Below the pieces are notes generated by a model. That model did no database searches. It was not told the DNA's origin and saw only the letters and a list, made by a program, of their open reading frames with translations. A stretch of 64,000 bases of DNA from Octopus vulgaris (taxonomy: Eukaryota): NCBI GenBank assembly GCA_951406725.2, contig OX597826.1:48670001-48734000 (forward strand), written 5' to 3'. Numbering within the stretch: the first letter of the stretch is position 1; each line of letters starts with the position of its first letter. This document shows positions 1-15,626 of this stretch, piece after piece. Made by a program: the position numbers and the translations under genes.

Positions 1-122
1 ACTTGCTTTTGGCAGTAAATTTTAGCCTGAAAAATTTGACTTGATTTATATATCAGAAAATAGGGTGTTATTGTTTAGCCTCAGATCAGCCTATCTTCAA
101 AGTCCATTGCAGCATTAATCAT

Positions 123-248
123 TTTTGCCAGCTGAGTGGACTGGAGCAATGTGAAATGAAGTGTTTTGCTCAAGAACACAACGCGTTGCCCAGTCCAGGA
201 ATCAAAACCACAATCTTACGATCATGGTGGTGACACCCTAACCACTAA
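123..248 (-). mobile_element. tRNA-derived SINE head fragment (family C)
   Basis: Reverse complement gives ...TTAGTGGTTAGGGTG...GTGGTTTTGATTCCTGGACTGGGC, with A/B-box-like motifs. It matches the head of the intact copy at 31675-32061 and faces a + strand copy at 296-500. Confidence 0.65.
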
Positions 249-295
249 AGGTAGTCTTATTATGACCATTATTTTGAGCAATACATATAATCTGT

Positions 296-500
296 GGAGG
301 TACATGGCTTAATGGTTAGGGTGTTGGACTCATGACCTCACCTGTACTGGTGTTGGCTTAATGGTTAGGGTGTTGGACTGTGGTTTCAATTCCTGGACTG
401 GGCGATGATATATTGTGTTCTTCACCAAAACACTTCAGTTCACACTGCTCCAGTCTGCTCAACTGGTACAAACAAGTAGTCCTACGATGGACTAACATCC
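296..500 (+). mobile_element. tRNA-derived SINE fragment (family C) with a duplicated head segment
   Basis: TGGCTTAATGGTTAGGGTGTTGGACT occurs twice (~305 and ~354), followed by GGTTTCAATTCCTGGACTGGGC (B box) and the family body. Confidence 0.65.
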
Positions 501-960
501 TATCCAGGGAAGAATATATACACCAGAAAAACTGGAAAACCAGCCCTATGCTTCTTAAGGAGTAATATGGACTAGTCCCTGCCCCCATTTAATTTGTTGC
601 CAAATTCAACACCACAAGTTGACCCTTGGGTGTCTTTAGGGCAGTCCATTTAGTTACAAGCATGAAGTTGCAAGGTGAAGTCTCTGGGCACAAGGCCAGC
701 AATTTTGAGGAGGGGGACTAATCAATTACACCACCCCACCCCCACCCCCCACACACAGTACTCAGCTGGCACTTATTCTATCAAACCTGAAAGGAGGAAA
801 AACAAAGTTGATCCTGGTGGAATTGGAACTCAGAACATGAAGTTGAAAGACATGCTAGAAATATTGGTTTCAAATTTTGGCACAAGACCAGTAATTTCGG
901 GGGAGGGGAATTAAATCAATTGCATCAACCCCAGTATGCGACTGGTATTTATTTTATGAA

Positions 961-1191
961 GGCGGTGAGCTGGCAGAAACATTAGCACGCCAGGCGAAAT
1001 GCATAGCCGTATTTCGTCTGTCATTACGTTGTGAGCTCAAATTCCGCTGAGGTCGACTTTGCCTTTCATCCTTTCAGGGTCGATAAATTAGGTACCAGTT
1101 ACGCACTGGGGTCGATGTAATCGACTTAATACCTATGTCTGTCTTTGTTTTTCCCGTCTATGTTTAGCCCCTTGTGGGTAATAAAGAAATA
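961..1191 (+). mobile_element. tRNA-derived SINE (family B), young, with 17-bp TSD
   Basis: Head GGCGGTGAGCTGGCAGAA, B-box-like GAGCTCAAATTCC and central GCCTTTCATCCTTTCAGGGTCGATAAA domain. Flanked by GGTATTTATTTTATGAA at 944-960 and 1192-1208. Confidence 0.85.
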
Positions 1192-1386
1192 GGTATTTAT
1201 TTTATGAAACCTCAAAAGGATGAAAGGTAAAAATGACCTCAGTGGAATTTTAACTCAGAACATAAAGACTGACAAAAAGTCTCTGAGCATTTTGTCCTGG
1301 ATGCTACCAATTCTTCCAACTCACTGCTAGAAATATCGGTTTCATATTTAGGCACAAGGCATTCAGATTTGAGAGAGGGTCTAAGA

Positions 1387-1611
1387 CAGGGGTGGGCAAA
1401 CTACGGCCCGTGGGCTGCATGCGGCCCGCCATAGGTTTTCATGCAGCCCGCCGAGAGCTTTTATGAATCCCAACTTCTATGCAGATACTTCGTAACTGTT
1501 TCAGTTGTACAGTAATTCACAATATTTTCACTTGATTTTTATAAATGAGGCCCGCCAAGGTTCCAAAGACACACTGTGCGGCCCGCGATCAAAAAAGTTT
1601 GCCCACCCCTG
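1387..1611. mobile_element. hAT (Charlie-like) MITE, 225 bp
   Basis: Perfect 16-bp terminal inverted repeats (TIRs) CAGGGGTGGGCAAACT / AGTTTGCCCACCCCTG, subterminal GGCCCG repeats, and an 8-bp TSD GTCTAAGA at 1379-1386 and 1612-1619. Confidence 0.92.
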
Positions 1612-1859
1612 GTCTAAGAGGATTACATTGACTCCAGGGTCCAGCTGGTACAAATTTTTCAACCCCTGAAAGAATCATGTGTGATAATGTTGTAATGATG
1701 TAGTAATGGTGCCACAGTGATGTTGTAAGGATGTGGTAATGATGTCATAGACATTGCAGGAATGATGTGGGAATGATTTGCACTTGTTTGGAAATAATGG
1801 ATGGAATGATTGCAGCTTGTTCTATCAGCTCTGTTTTATCAGAGCTGACCTTGGGCTGA

Positions 1860-2445
<586 letters not shown>

Positions 2446-2819
2446 AACAATCAGCTAAGCAGAGATTGTATATTTGAACAATAGAAGCAACAAGCCACAT
2501 TGAGATAAGATTGAAATCAAATGAAACAGTGAAAGAGGAGAGGAAGAAATAAGAAGGAGAGGAAGAAGAGCAGGAGCTGGGAGAGCAGAGAAATGGAGAG
2601 ATAGAGAGGGGGTGAGGTGAAGGGCAAGACAGGAGAGGGGGGAAAAAGGGACAGAAGAAGAAGATGAAGAAGAAGAAGAAGACAAAAAAAAGAGTGAAAG
2701 AAGGACGAGGAATGGTCTAAGTCAATTGAATAGTAGTGTGAACAATTGGTGTGTTATTGAATGACAATAGAATATTGATTGTGGTTGCGGGGGAGGGGTG
2801 GGAATGGATGATTTGGATA

Positions 2820-2900
2820 AAGATAGAGGGATAGATAGACAGACAGACAGACAGACAGATAGGTAGATATATAGACAGACAGATAGATAGACAGATAGAG

Positions 2901-2963
<63 letters not shown>

Positions 2964-2996
2964 CAGATAGACAGAGAGATAGATATATAGACAGAG

Positions 2997-3065
<69 letters not shown>

Positions 3066-3172
3066 TATAAATAGATAGATAGATAGATAGATAGATCGAT
3101 AGATAGATATATAGATAGATAGATAGAAATAGCTAGATATATGATACAGATACAATCATACAATCATCTATA

Positions 3173-3221
<49 letters not shown>

Positions 3222-3502
3222 ATGTATATATGTATATATATACATCACTCACATGTTATGTATATATACACCTCTCTCTCTCAATCTTTATACATACATA
3301 TATATATGTATGTATACATGCTTCTATATGTATAATATACATATGCATGTATAAGTATATTTATATGTATATTGTGTGTGAGTGTGTGTGTGTGTGTGTG
3401 CGTGCGTGTGCATGTGTGTTTGTGTGTGTGTGCATGTTATGTATGATATTCATATTTATATACACAGAAAGAGGGGTGTGAGAGCAAAAGAGAGAGAGAG
3501 AA

Positions 3503-3537
<35 letters not shown>

Positions 3538-3978
3538 TAGTGTTACAGAAGATGAAGGACAGAGAGAAAGGGATGACGCAAGTGGGAAATCATCATAGAT
3601 GAGATGTGTGGGTGTATTGGGGGGGATGCGCAACACGGGAGAGTTAGAAGAAGAAGAAAGAAGAAGAAGAAGAAGAAGAAGAAGAAGAAGAAGAAGAAGA
3701 AGAAGAAGAAGAAGAAGAAGAAGAAGAAGAAGAAGAAGAAGAAGAAGAAGAAGAAGAAGAAGAAGAAGAAGAAGAAGAAGAAGAAGAAGAAGAAGAAGAA
3801 GAAGAAGAAGAAGAAGAAGAAGAAGAAGAAGAAGAAGAAGAAGAAGAAGAAGAAGAAGAAGAAGAAAGAAGAAGAAGAAGAAGAAGAAGAAGAAGAAGAA
3901 GAAGAAGAAGAAGAAGAAGAAGAAGAAGAAGAAGAAGAAGAAGAAGAAGAAGAAGAAGAAGAAGAAGAAGAAGAAGAA
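2820..3978. repeat. (GATA)n, (TA)n, (TG)n, (GA)n and a ~330-bp (GAA)n tract (3646-3978)
   Basis: Direct reading of the sequence. Confidence 0.95.
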
Positions 3979-4599
3979 ACGAGAGGGCTTGAAAGGAGAA
4001 TTGAGAAGGTGAAATGTAAAGGAGAGAAAAGGAGAGCAGGGAGGGAAGTAAGAGACAAGATTGGTGCTGCTGGGAACAATCATATTGATAGATAAAGGGG
4101 AGGGAAGGTTTAGCAGGGACCCTAGCTATCGTAACTACTAACCCCTATTATCTGCAATTATCTAAGCTGACCCCCCATACGCCTTCCACTCAACCAAACT
4201 CCCCACGCCCCCTTACACTTAAACAAAGAAATTTCTGAAACAAAAATAATTGAAAATATAGATTTTCTTTGATTCAGGAGAGTGATAGATTTTATATGAG
4301 AAGATTTTATAGTTGGTCGGCTTAACACCAGTTAATTACAGATATGAAAGTGTGTGGTAGTAGAGATACGAGTGTTTCACTCCTGATCATTTGATTGCAG
4401 GTTCAATTCTCAAGGAAGAAAATGCATAGTGTGCTTGAGCAAGGCTCTTCATTTACTATTGCTTTAGACTTCACTCAGTAACTAAATGAATAGCAATGGC
4501 AGCTTCTCCTCCTCATCATCATCATCATCATCATCCTCATCCTCATCCTCCCCCTCCCCCTCATCCTCCTCCTCCTCCTCCTTCTTCTTCTTCTTCTTC

Positions 4600-4631
<32 letters not shown>

Positions 4632-4854
4632 CTTCTTCTTCTTCTTCTTCTTCTTCTTCTTCTTTAGTTAATCTTATGACAGACTGGTGTTTCATCCAGG
4701 AGGAAGTCTTGAAATCTCAAATACTGAAATGCTCTTGAAATTAAGATAAGGTTTGGTTTAAGGGATCCATAAGTTTTAAGAATCAACCACTCTTATTGGC
4801 AGGACGTTTGCCTAATTGAGTTTTGCTCTTTGAGGTATCGACAGGTACTCTTAG

Positions 4855-5200
4855 ACACATTCCAGCCTCTGACCCACAGGTATGCTGTCTCATCTTTCTG
4901 CTTTTTCTACTATTACTGTAATGGTCTCTACTCCTTAAAGATAGCAGAGCTCATTCCATAAAGTTACTTCCAGACATACTCCAGTCTCTAGACTGAAGGT
5001 ACACTGTCTCCTCTCTCTACATTTTCCACTACTACTATAATAGCCTCTGCTCTTTGGAGCTGGCAGGGACTAGTCATTAACAGATACTCACAGATGCACT
5101 CCAGCCTCTGACCAACACACATGCTCTCCTCACTCTCTCCCTTCTCTATCACTACTATAGTGACCTCTACTCCCTGGAGCTAGCAGAGCTTATTCTACAA
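4855..5200 (+). mobile_element. Three diverged ~120-bp tandem copies of a CR1/Jockey-like LINE ORF2 C-terminal segment
   Basis: Units start near 4858, 4977 and 5097 (TCCAGCCTCTGACC...TTCTACTATTACT...AGCAGAGCT). They translate as QPLTHRYAVSSFCFFYYYCNGLYSLKIAEL, resembling the LxHRRxVxxLxxFY motif of CR1/Jockey-group RT tails. Confidence 0.5.
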
Positions 5201-6123
5201 CTCATTTCCCCTCCATTCAGGCTTCCTCACCCCACCTTGTTTCTCCTCATCCCATCATTTTTGCTGTGTCCATCCATTTTAGGCTCCTTCTTGATCACTT
5301 CAACTAGTTCTTCTTTCCTGGAACATAGACTCTTTGGAATTCCTTCCATGCTAATATCTTTCTTGCAAATGTTGACTTACAAATTTTCAAGAGGAACATT
5401 AAAGCCATCAATATCACCATTTAGGAGGGCCTGCAAGCACTAGCATAGCTAGGTGATGTGTGGCAGGGGTGGTCCACCCTGGGCAGCATGTTTAAAGGGG
5501 TGACACTTTTGGGTCTGCTTTAAGCAATATGAGTTTTATGTGGGGTTCAGGGGCGGCAAGCAGAAGGTCCACCCCGGAGGGCACACACTCTAGCCTGCAA
5601 GTGCTTTGAGTCCTGTCCCTTTGTCCAGAACCAGCAAGTAGATCAGAAAAATACCTTGCACCAGATCTTTGCATTTGTATATCCCATCAAAGGATTGACC
5701 ATTCTACCAGTGTTTTACTGGCATTGTGTCCAATCAGCATGTCAAACCAAAACCTTGTAGTGCTTGTTTCAGGTCTTTTCATTTTGTCTCTTTAAAGGAA
5801 GAATATAAAACTAGATTTTCTACAACTTAACAAAGATAGATTTTGTATAATAGATTTTCTAAGCAATAAAATTGATCCTGGTGTATTACTGGTATGGTGT
5901 TCAATCAGTAGAACTATTAGATTATCAACCTCATACCTTGTGGTATTATTTAAGTCCTTTTTTATGCTACATCCCTTCAAAGGAAGCATATAAAACTAGA
6001 ATTTCTTTGCTTTGACATAAAGACAGATTGTGTATGAAACATTCTACAGACATCGGAGTGTTAAACCTTGTGGGAGTTATTTCTGCCCTTTGCATTCTTT
6101 GTTCAAATCCTGCCAAGTTTAAC

Positions 6124-7881
6124 TTGGAAGATGCCTCTCCTGATTTCTTCTGTCCCTAAACTTCTTCTGTGTGCTGTCAGGTCCATCCTTCAATTCACCA
6201 TAATTTTTCCAAGCAATCTCTCAACGTTTGATGCAATACCAAATAGGTTCATACATTCCATTATCCAAGAGTGTGAGATCATATCAAATGCCTTATGGTA
6301 GTCGATCCATGGCATGGCTAAGTTAATTTTCCTCCTCTTGCAGTCTCTAAGTACAGTTTTGTCTATCAGGAGTTGATCCTTGGTACCTTGCAACCCTTCT
6401 GCTCATGTGGCAGGACTACATTTTTTTCCAGATGTTCGTACATTGACTCTGTGAGTATTCCAGTCAATAATTCCCACAAAAGTGGCAAACAGGATATCAG
6501 CCTGTAACTGTCAACCGTATTGCCTTTTTCAATGTTTTTCAAGCACAGCACTGTCCTACCCATTGTCAACCACTCTGGTGTTCCTTGGTCAGCATTTAAC
6601 AAGGTGTTGATTTGTGCAGCTATTCGTACATGGCATTCACCAAATCTTTTGATCCAGTAGCCTTGACATCTATTTGGTCCCTGGGCTTTCAAGTTGCCCA
6701 TTTTTTTGCCAATTTTCTTCACTTCCCTAACTGAAATGACTAGTTCTACCTGTTTTGGACAGACTATTGCTTGTTTCAGTTCTTGAAACCATTCAGCCTC
6801 CTCCTTGTTCTCCTTGTCTTTGCTCCAGATGTCACTCAAAAACCTTTGACTTTCATTGTTATCTGGTATCAGCTTTTCATCTGTACACTCTCCATTTATT
6901 TCTTCATAGAATCTCTTTTGATCTACTCTGAATTACCTATTCTGGTGGTATCTCTTCATTCTTTGGTCATATCTTACCATCTTTGCATTCTTTGCAACAA
7001 GACGTTGTTTCAGTTCCTCCATTATCACTTTCAGGCCCTTTCTTTCAATATTATACTTCCTTTTCAGTACCCTGTATTTTTGTTTGCTTTTAAGCTCCCC
7101 TTTATCTTTGGAGACTAACACAGAAATTTCCTTCAAGAGCATGTCTAACCCTGCCTGTATTCTTCTTTTCCTCCATGGGTCTTTTCTTTTGTCACTCCCA
7201 TTATGTTTATTTTTTGTGACATCAGCACCCACGTTTTCTGCTACAACAATACTTTCTGCATTGATAAAATTATTTGTTTCTCTGATCTTGTTTGTTCTGA
7301 TGCATTTCAGAATTTCATTGACATTTTTAGTTTCTTGGTTCAGCTTCTACCAATCAACCTTTTTAAGGTTGCAAATAATGTCGCTATCGTTCTCCTGTAG
7401 TTTTGCCTTTATTATGTCATAGATTGCCTTTTGTTCATCTGTCATGTTGCCATTAGTTTTATTGTCTTCATTTAGATCATCTATATGTCTCTCATCAAGT
7501 AAACTACCACTGCTCCTTTCCTGTGCTATGAGATTACTTTTATTAGTAAAAACTATATTTTCATCATTATTTTTGCTGCTGTTTTCCATGACCCGTCTTT
7601 TGATAGCTTCTGTGAACCAACGAATTTTTTTTATTGCTCTAGCTCGATCACATAGTCTCTGTTCCATAAGTTGAAACAATCCCTTTTCCTTCCAGTGATC
7701 ATACATACATTGTCGGTAACCCCTAATTTGAGTACCATTTTCATCTACTGAGTTGCTCAGGTAGTAACACTCCATGACCACAGCATAAATCATCTGCGCT
7801 GTGTGTAGTGGTCCCTTTCTGGATATCAACAGGTTGGAGCCAGACCGGAATCTCTAAACCTACCGAGTGCAACACTGTCAC

Positions 7882-7882
<1 letters not shown>
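6124..7882 (-). mobile_element. Decayed Dong/R4-clade non-LTR retrotransposon (5' half through the RT N-terminus)
   Basis: Collinear frameshifted ORFs: 7347-7829 (VMECYYLS...GYRQCMYDHW...EQRLCDRAR), 6933-7232 (PWRKRRI), 6366-6839 (KAQGPN...PEWLTMGRTVL...YRLISCLP...EQKGC) and 6190-6393 (GTKDQLLID...[16 protein letters not shown]). They end at EIRRGIFQ, and the 5' end abuts (TAA)n. Confidence 0.9.
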
Positions 7883-8979
<1,097 letters not shown>

Positions 8980-9528
8980 GAGTGAGAGAGCAGTGCATGC
9001 CATCAAAGTGACACTGGGGAAAATATACGAAGCCCAATATACCCATCATGACTACCTGTCTGATAAAGGTACACCAGGCACATGCATCACAACCATATGT
9101 GCGCGACATGGTGATCTCATATCAAGATAAACAGCACATGACCTTGCAGGTGGGGCCCAGTTAGAATTTTCTTCAGGTTGAGTAGCCCATCCCGCTCAAA
9201 GGTCCCTGAATAAGGGTTGTTTAAGGTTGTTGAAAGAACCACCCATGTTTCCAGAGGTGAATTATTCAAACCCCAAAGAATCCCTCTCAACACATAGCTA
9301 TGATGCTCCCCCACTACTTCTGCTCATGATCAGAGATGCACATATCGTCAGCCACTAAGGGACATGCTCAACTGGTTAAGGTCAAACAACTGACAAGCAA
9401 ATCTGTGGTATTGAGCAGAATATTTGCTGTAGCCCATCTTTTATACCAAGACAAAACAATGTACATGATAACACTTCCAATCAGTTAAGATCAGAAGCCA
9501 TGAGAGCCACTGCCTGGTACTGCATCAG
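8980..9528 (-). mobile_element. ~550-bp non-coding interspersed element in (TAA)n, copy 2
   Basis: By eye it differs from copy 1 by 6 substitutions and one 1-nt indel, and lacks ~5 nt at the right end. Confidence 0.75.
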
Positions 9529-9551
9529 TATTATTATCATTATTATTATTG

Positions 9552-9765
9552 TGGTGAGTTGGCAGACTCATTTGCATGCTGGACAAAATACTTGGTGGTA
9601 TTTCGTTTGTCTTTACATACTAAGTTCAAATTCTGCCGAGATTCACTTTGCCTTTCATTCTTTCAGAGTCTACAAAATAAATACCAGTTGAGCACTGGGA
9701 TCAGTGCAATTGACTTTTTGTACTCCCTCGAAATTGCTGGCGTTGTGCCAAAATTTGAAATCGTT
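9552..9765 (+). mobile_element. SINE family B variant, diverged
   Basis: GGTGAGTTGGCAGA head, AGTTCAAATTCTGCCGAG, GCCTTTCATTCTTTCAGAGTC, and a GTGCCAAAATTTGAAA end. Confidence 0.7.
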
Positions 9766-10539
9766 CTTTGTTTAAGTTGAGGGTGACCCCCACCCCTTCC
9801 TTGTCTTGGGAATATCAGGAATCTAGAAAGACTTTGGAAACAATTCCGGAAAAAATCAATGTTGTATCTGTATTTTGACGGCAGAAAATTAGTGAGGACA
9901 AAACCCGTTCTAAAACAGGGAATAAATTGGTTTACTGTGACAAAAAGGAAAAGTTTAACATTTTGGGTAGAATTCTTCATTGAAGAGAAGACATACGGAG
10001 AGGGAGAGAGAGAGAGAGAGAGGGGGAGAGAGAGATGTTTTCTGATGGAATTTTGGTGCTATACCGTTTGTGCCAGAAGCTGAAGATAATAGCAATTATT
10101 AAGCTATATATCTGCGTGTCTCCATAGTCATCTCTTGTAGAACCATCATCCACAAGCTCTTACCAACATCGCCGCCGCCACCAGCAAGCAGCACCACCAC
10201 CACTATTGCCGCCAGCACCACCGTCACCACTGCCATCCATCAGCAATCTTTTACAGGCATGGCACTATGACATTCCATTGGACAGCTAGCCATACCATCC
10301 CCTTCTCTTTCTCTCTCTTTCTCTCTCTCTCTGTTCTTCTGCTTTTGTGTTTCTTTGTAAGACATGTTGGCATTGTTATAATGGTGGTGGGTGGGTGGTT
10401 GGGGAAGAAGGTGGCTGTGGCGGTGTGGAAAGGAGGGGGTGGTTGAGATTGTCATTTTTTTCCCTTTTAACCACTGCCTATACATACCATGACCACCAAA
10501 ATCATCGCTATTACTACCATCATAAAAAACAAACAAAAC

Positions 10540-11086
10540 ACACACCACCATCATCACCACTCCCATCACTGCCACCACCACCACTACAACCACCACCACC
10601 ATCACTACCACCACCACCACCACCACCACCACCACCACCATCATAGGTGTTGACATCATCACAACTAAAACAGCCAAACAACCATTACCACAACAACCAC
10701 CACAGCTCAATATCATCACCATCACCATCACCACTTTCATCGCTGCAACCCATACCAGCAGTACTACCACCAACTCCACCACCACTTCCACAACCGCCAT
10801 GACCGTCATCACCAATACTACCGTCACTACTCTTACCACCACTCACACTATTACCTCCAACATCATCATCACCACAACAACCAACACCAGCACTACAACC
10901 ACAACCAATACAATGAACAATGCTACAACAACCAACACCACAATCACTACAACCAGCACCACCATCAACACTACCACCCTCACCCTGTTACCACTACTAC
11001 TATTACTACCACTACTACTGCTACTATTACTACTATTACTACTACTGCTTCTACTAGTGTTAATACTGCTGCTACTACTACTGCAG

Positions 11087-11131
<45 letters not shown>

Positions 11132-12012
11132 TTACTACTACTACTACTACTACAGCTGCTGCTGCTACTTCTATTACTACTGCCAATACTGTTTCACCAC
11201 TGTTTCACCATCAATGCCACCAACACCATTAGCACCAGTATGGCCACTACTACCACAACGGTTCTACCCCCTTCCCCTGCCCCGTTGCTTTGCTAGCCCC
11301 TCACTACCACCACCACCACCCCACCCCAACCCGAACAAGCCCAAATAGTTTCTGTTTAATGAACTCCGCAATGATCTCACAGAAGATGTCTCATGGGAGA
11401 GTTGGTCATGGCGAGAGGGAGATGAAGGAGAGACGGTGCAATGATGATGGAGAGAGGGGTGAGAGAGAGAGAGGGGGGAGAGATGTGGAGTGATGAAGGA
11501 GAGTATGGAGAAAGAAAGAAAGAGTGAGAGAGAGGGAAATACAGAGAAACAAGGAATGTGCTGTTGAACAGCAAGGAGTGCAAACATGATGGTGGTGGAG
11601 GGGCAATGGTGTCGATGACAAAGACGACGATGATGGTGATGATGTTGATGATGACAATGATGAAAAAAACGACGACTAGGGTGATGATGGCAATGATGAA
11701 AAACGATGACTACGATGATGATGACTGATGATAAAGACAATGAGGATGATGTTGACAATGATGACAACAACAATTATGAGGACGGTGATGATGATGATGA
11801 TGGCAATGATAATGATGATGGTGATGATGATGATGATGATGACGAATATGATGATAATGATGGCAATGATAACAACAATGATGATGAGGAAGAGGAGGTG
11901 GATGATGATGATGATGATGATGACTATGATGATGATGATGATGATGGCAATGATAACAACAATGATGATGAGGATGAAGATGAGGAGGAGGAGGAGGATG
12001 ATGATGACTATA

Positions 12013-12072
<60 letters not shown>

Positions 12073-12113
12073 GCAATGATAACAACAATGATGATAAGAA
12101 TGAAGATGAGGAG

Positions 12114-12145
<32 letters not shown>

Positions 12146-12644
12146 TGACGATGATGATGATGAGAATGAGGATGAGGATGAGGATAACTATGATGATGAT
12201 GATGATGATGATGAGAATGAGGACGATGATGACGATGATGATGATGATAACGATGATGATGATAGGAACGATGACAATGACAACAATGAATATGACAATG
12301 GTAGCAATGACGATTATGGCAATGACAACGACTGTGCTGATGACAGCATCAACAATGATTATAATGAGAAAAGCAACGGCAATGATGGTACCGATGATGG
12401 AAGATGATGACAATCCTAACGATGAAAATGATGACGATGATAAAAATATGAGGATGGTGAAAATGATAATAATGATGAGTGGTCATAGCAATTATTGAGG
12501 TGGTGGGGGATGATGGGGGTGGTTGTGATGACGACAACAAAGTTGATGATGACAGGGAAGATGATGGTGGTGATGATGACTAAAATCAGAATGGTTATCA
12601 CAGAAGAATGGGTCATCTGTGGAAAAGCAAAAAAGATGGTGTGA

Positions 12645-12693
<49 letters not shown>

Positions 12694-12835
12694 GTAATAA
12701 TGATGATGATGATGATGATAATGCTGCTGTTGCTGTTGATGACGATGTGAGTGGTGGTGGTGGTGGGGATGATTGATGATGATGACGATGACGTGATGAC
12801 GACGACAATGATGATGATGATGACGAATATGATGC

Positions 12836-12874
<39 letters not shown>

Positions 12875-12942
12875 GGATGATGATGATGGTGATGACGATG
12901 ACGATGACAATGGTGATGGTGATGATGGTGATGATGATGACA

Positions 12943-12974
<32 letters not shown>

Positions 12975-13912
12975 AAAGGAATCAAAAACAGGGGGCTGGG
13001 TGTGGTGTGGAGTGTAGAGAAGCAAAGAAGAAAAAAGAGGAGGAGGGGGAAGAAAGGACAAGATGGGAAAGAAGGAAGGTGAGTGGGAGGGTTGCGCAGG
13101 GTGGGAGTAGAAGGGAAAATAGAATCAAACAACAAACAAATAATAAAAGGGGGAGAAAAAAAAGGAAGAATGGGGGAAGAAAGAAAGAAAAAAAAGAAAG
13201 AAAGAGGGAAAGAAAGCAAGAAAGAAGGGAAGGAAGGAAGGATCTGTAAGGGAGAGAATTTCAGACAATACTGGAAATGGAGAAGAACTACAGAGAGAGA
13301 GAGAGAGAGAGAGAGAAGGGGGGGAATGATGTCTGTGGAATTGGTAAAGGAAAGGGAAAGAATGGAAGAGAGAACAATGCCAGAGTGATAGGGCATTGTG
13401 GGAAACTGGCAGGAGATGGTGATGATAGGGGCGGGTAGGAGGTGATGGTATTGGTGGTGAGAGACAGAACCACAGAGAGAGAGAGAGAGAGAGAGAAACA
13501 GAGAAACAGAGAGCGATGGCTGACTGGCTGGCCAGTCGGCTGGATGGATGGCTGGTTGGCTGGTTGGTTGGTTGGTTGGCTGGTTGGTTGGTGGTGGTGG
13601 TGGCGGTGGTGGTGGTGGTGGTGTTGGAGGTGTTGGAGGTGTAAAAATCGAAACCTAAGGATGACAATGGCTTTATCAACAATGGCAACAACAACAACCA
13701 CAACAATAGCTACAACAACAACAACAACAAAAGAGGTAAAGCAAACAAAACGGGTCAGTTCATTTGTGAAACCGATATAGGGGAGTTCAGGATAGTGTCT
13801 GTGTGCGTGTGTGTCTGCACGTGTGTGTGTGGCATGCGTGTATGTGTGCATGTGTGTGTAAATGCACGCATGTGTGTAAATGCATGTATGTGTGTGTTTA
13901 TGTGTGCATATG

Positions 13913-13955
<43 letters not shown>

Positions 13956-13980
13956 GAGGATGAGGAGGAAGATGTGCATT

Positions 13981-14011
<31 letters not shown>

Positions 14012-14231
14012 ATGTGCCTGAGGATGTGTGTGCATGTGTCAGAATCTGTGTGTGTGTGTGTAAATGTGTGTTGCAATGAATGTGTGTGTGTGTATGTATA
14101 TCAAAATGTGTTTAAGGATATGTGTATATGTGGGTGGGTGGGTGAGATGAAGTATATGTATCAGCATGTATGTGTGTGTGTGTATGGGAGGATATATGAA
14201 TGTGAAACTGTGTATGAGAATGCATATGCAT

Positions 14232-14262
<31 letters not shown>

Positions 14263-14510
14263 GATGTATGACAGCATGTGTCTGCATATATATGTATTCA
14301 TGTATGAGTGATGACATGATGATATTTATGTGAAGGTATGTGTGACTGTGTATATATATGTGTGTGTGTGCATGTGTATGTGTGCACATGTGTATGTATA
14401 TGTGACTACATATATATATATATATATACAGACATGTGTGGGGGTGTATGTATATGTTTATGTACATCTATGTGTGTGTGTGTGCATGCATACATATATA
14501 TGTGTATGTG

Positions 14511-14557
<47 letters not shown>

Positions 14558-14636
14558 GTGTGTGTGTAGGTGTGTGTGTGTGTGTATGAAAATGTGCATG
14601 CTGGACTGTTTAGCCAGAACAATAGATATGAGTGCG

Positions 14637-14718
<82 letters not shown>

Positions 14719-14868
14719 GGACTGTTGTTTATCCAGAGAACACAATAGTTGTTACTGTAGCAGAAAGCCAGAGAGATAGAAGCTGACAAGATGACAGGGT
14801 GGGTGCAGGAGGGTGGTGGGTGCAGCAGATTTAGGGTCCTGGGAAGGGAGATGAAGAGTGATAGATGG

Positions 14869-14899
<31 letters not shown>

Positions 14900-15260
14900 G
14901 GTGGTGGTGGTGTTGGTCATGGTGGGTAATGTCGATGGTGGCAATAGTGATTGAGGTTGTGGTAATTGGGGGAGAGTAGGTTGAGGATTGTGGAGGTGAT
15001 GGTGGTGGTGATGGTGATGGTGGCGATGGTGGTGGTGGTCGTCGTTGTAGTCGTCTTGATGACGGTGGTAATGTTAGCAACAGTGGTTGAGGTGGCGGTG
15101 GTGTTGGCAGTGATGATGACAATGATGACGACGACTGATGATGACAATGATGATGATGATTACGAGGGTGATGATGATGGTGATGAAGATGATGACGATG
15201 ATGACGATGATGATGACGATGATGATTATGAGGTTGATGATGATGATGATGGTGGTTGTA
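10540..15260. repeat. Long low-complexity field: (CAC)/(CTA)/(GAT)/(TAA)/(GA)/(TG)/(GGT) microsatellites
   Basis: Direct reading of the sequence; source of many homopolymeric ORFs. Confidence 0.9.
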
Positions 15261-15583
15261 GTGAAGCTGATGGTAGCAATGGCGGCCAATGGTTATGGTG
15301 ATGGTCCTAGGTTAACTTCATACATTTTTCCCTTACTAAAGGCTTCTTCTTACAATAATGGTCGTTATTGTTGTTGTTGTTGTTGTTGCTATTGTTGTTG
15401 ATGGCTTTTATTGATGGTATGTTAGCTTGTTGTTCTTTTTACACCTCCCACCATCACCACCACCGCCACCACCACCATCCCCTATATTCTTGTTGTGGTA
15501 GTTGTTGAGGTAGTGGTACTGATGGCTTGTATGGTGGTAGCATAGAAGGGAGAGACAGACAAACAAGCAGACAGACAGGCAGA

Positions 15584-15626
<43 letters not shown>

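Larger units (their letters stand above)
675..1672 (-). mobile_element. Tandem run of about three old SINE copies (family B variant), interrupted by two younger insertions
   Basis: A recurrent GGCACAAG...GAGGGG...ACCCCAG...CTGGTA...GAAAGG...ACTCAGAACAT unit starts near 680, 865 and 1335. Confidence 0.6.
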
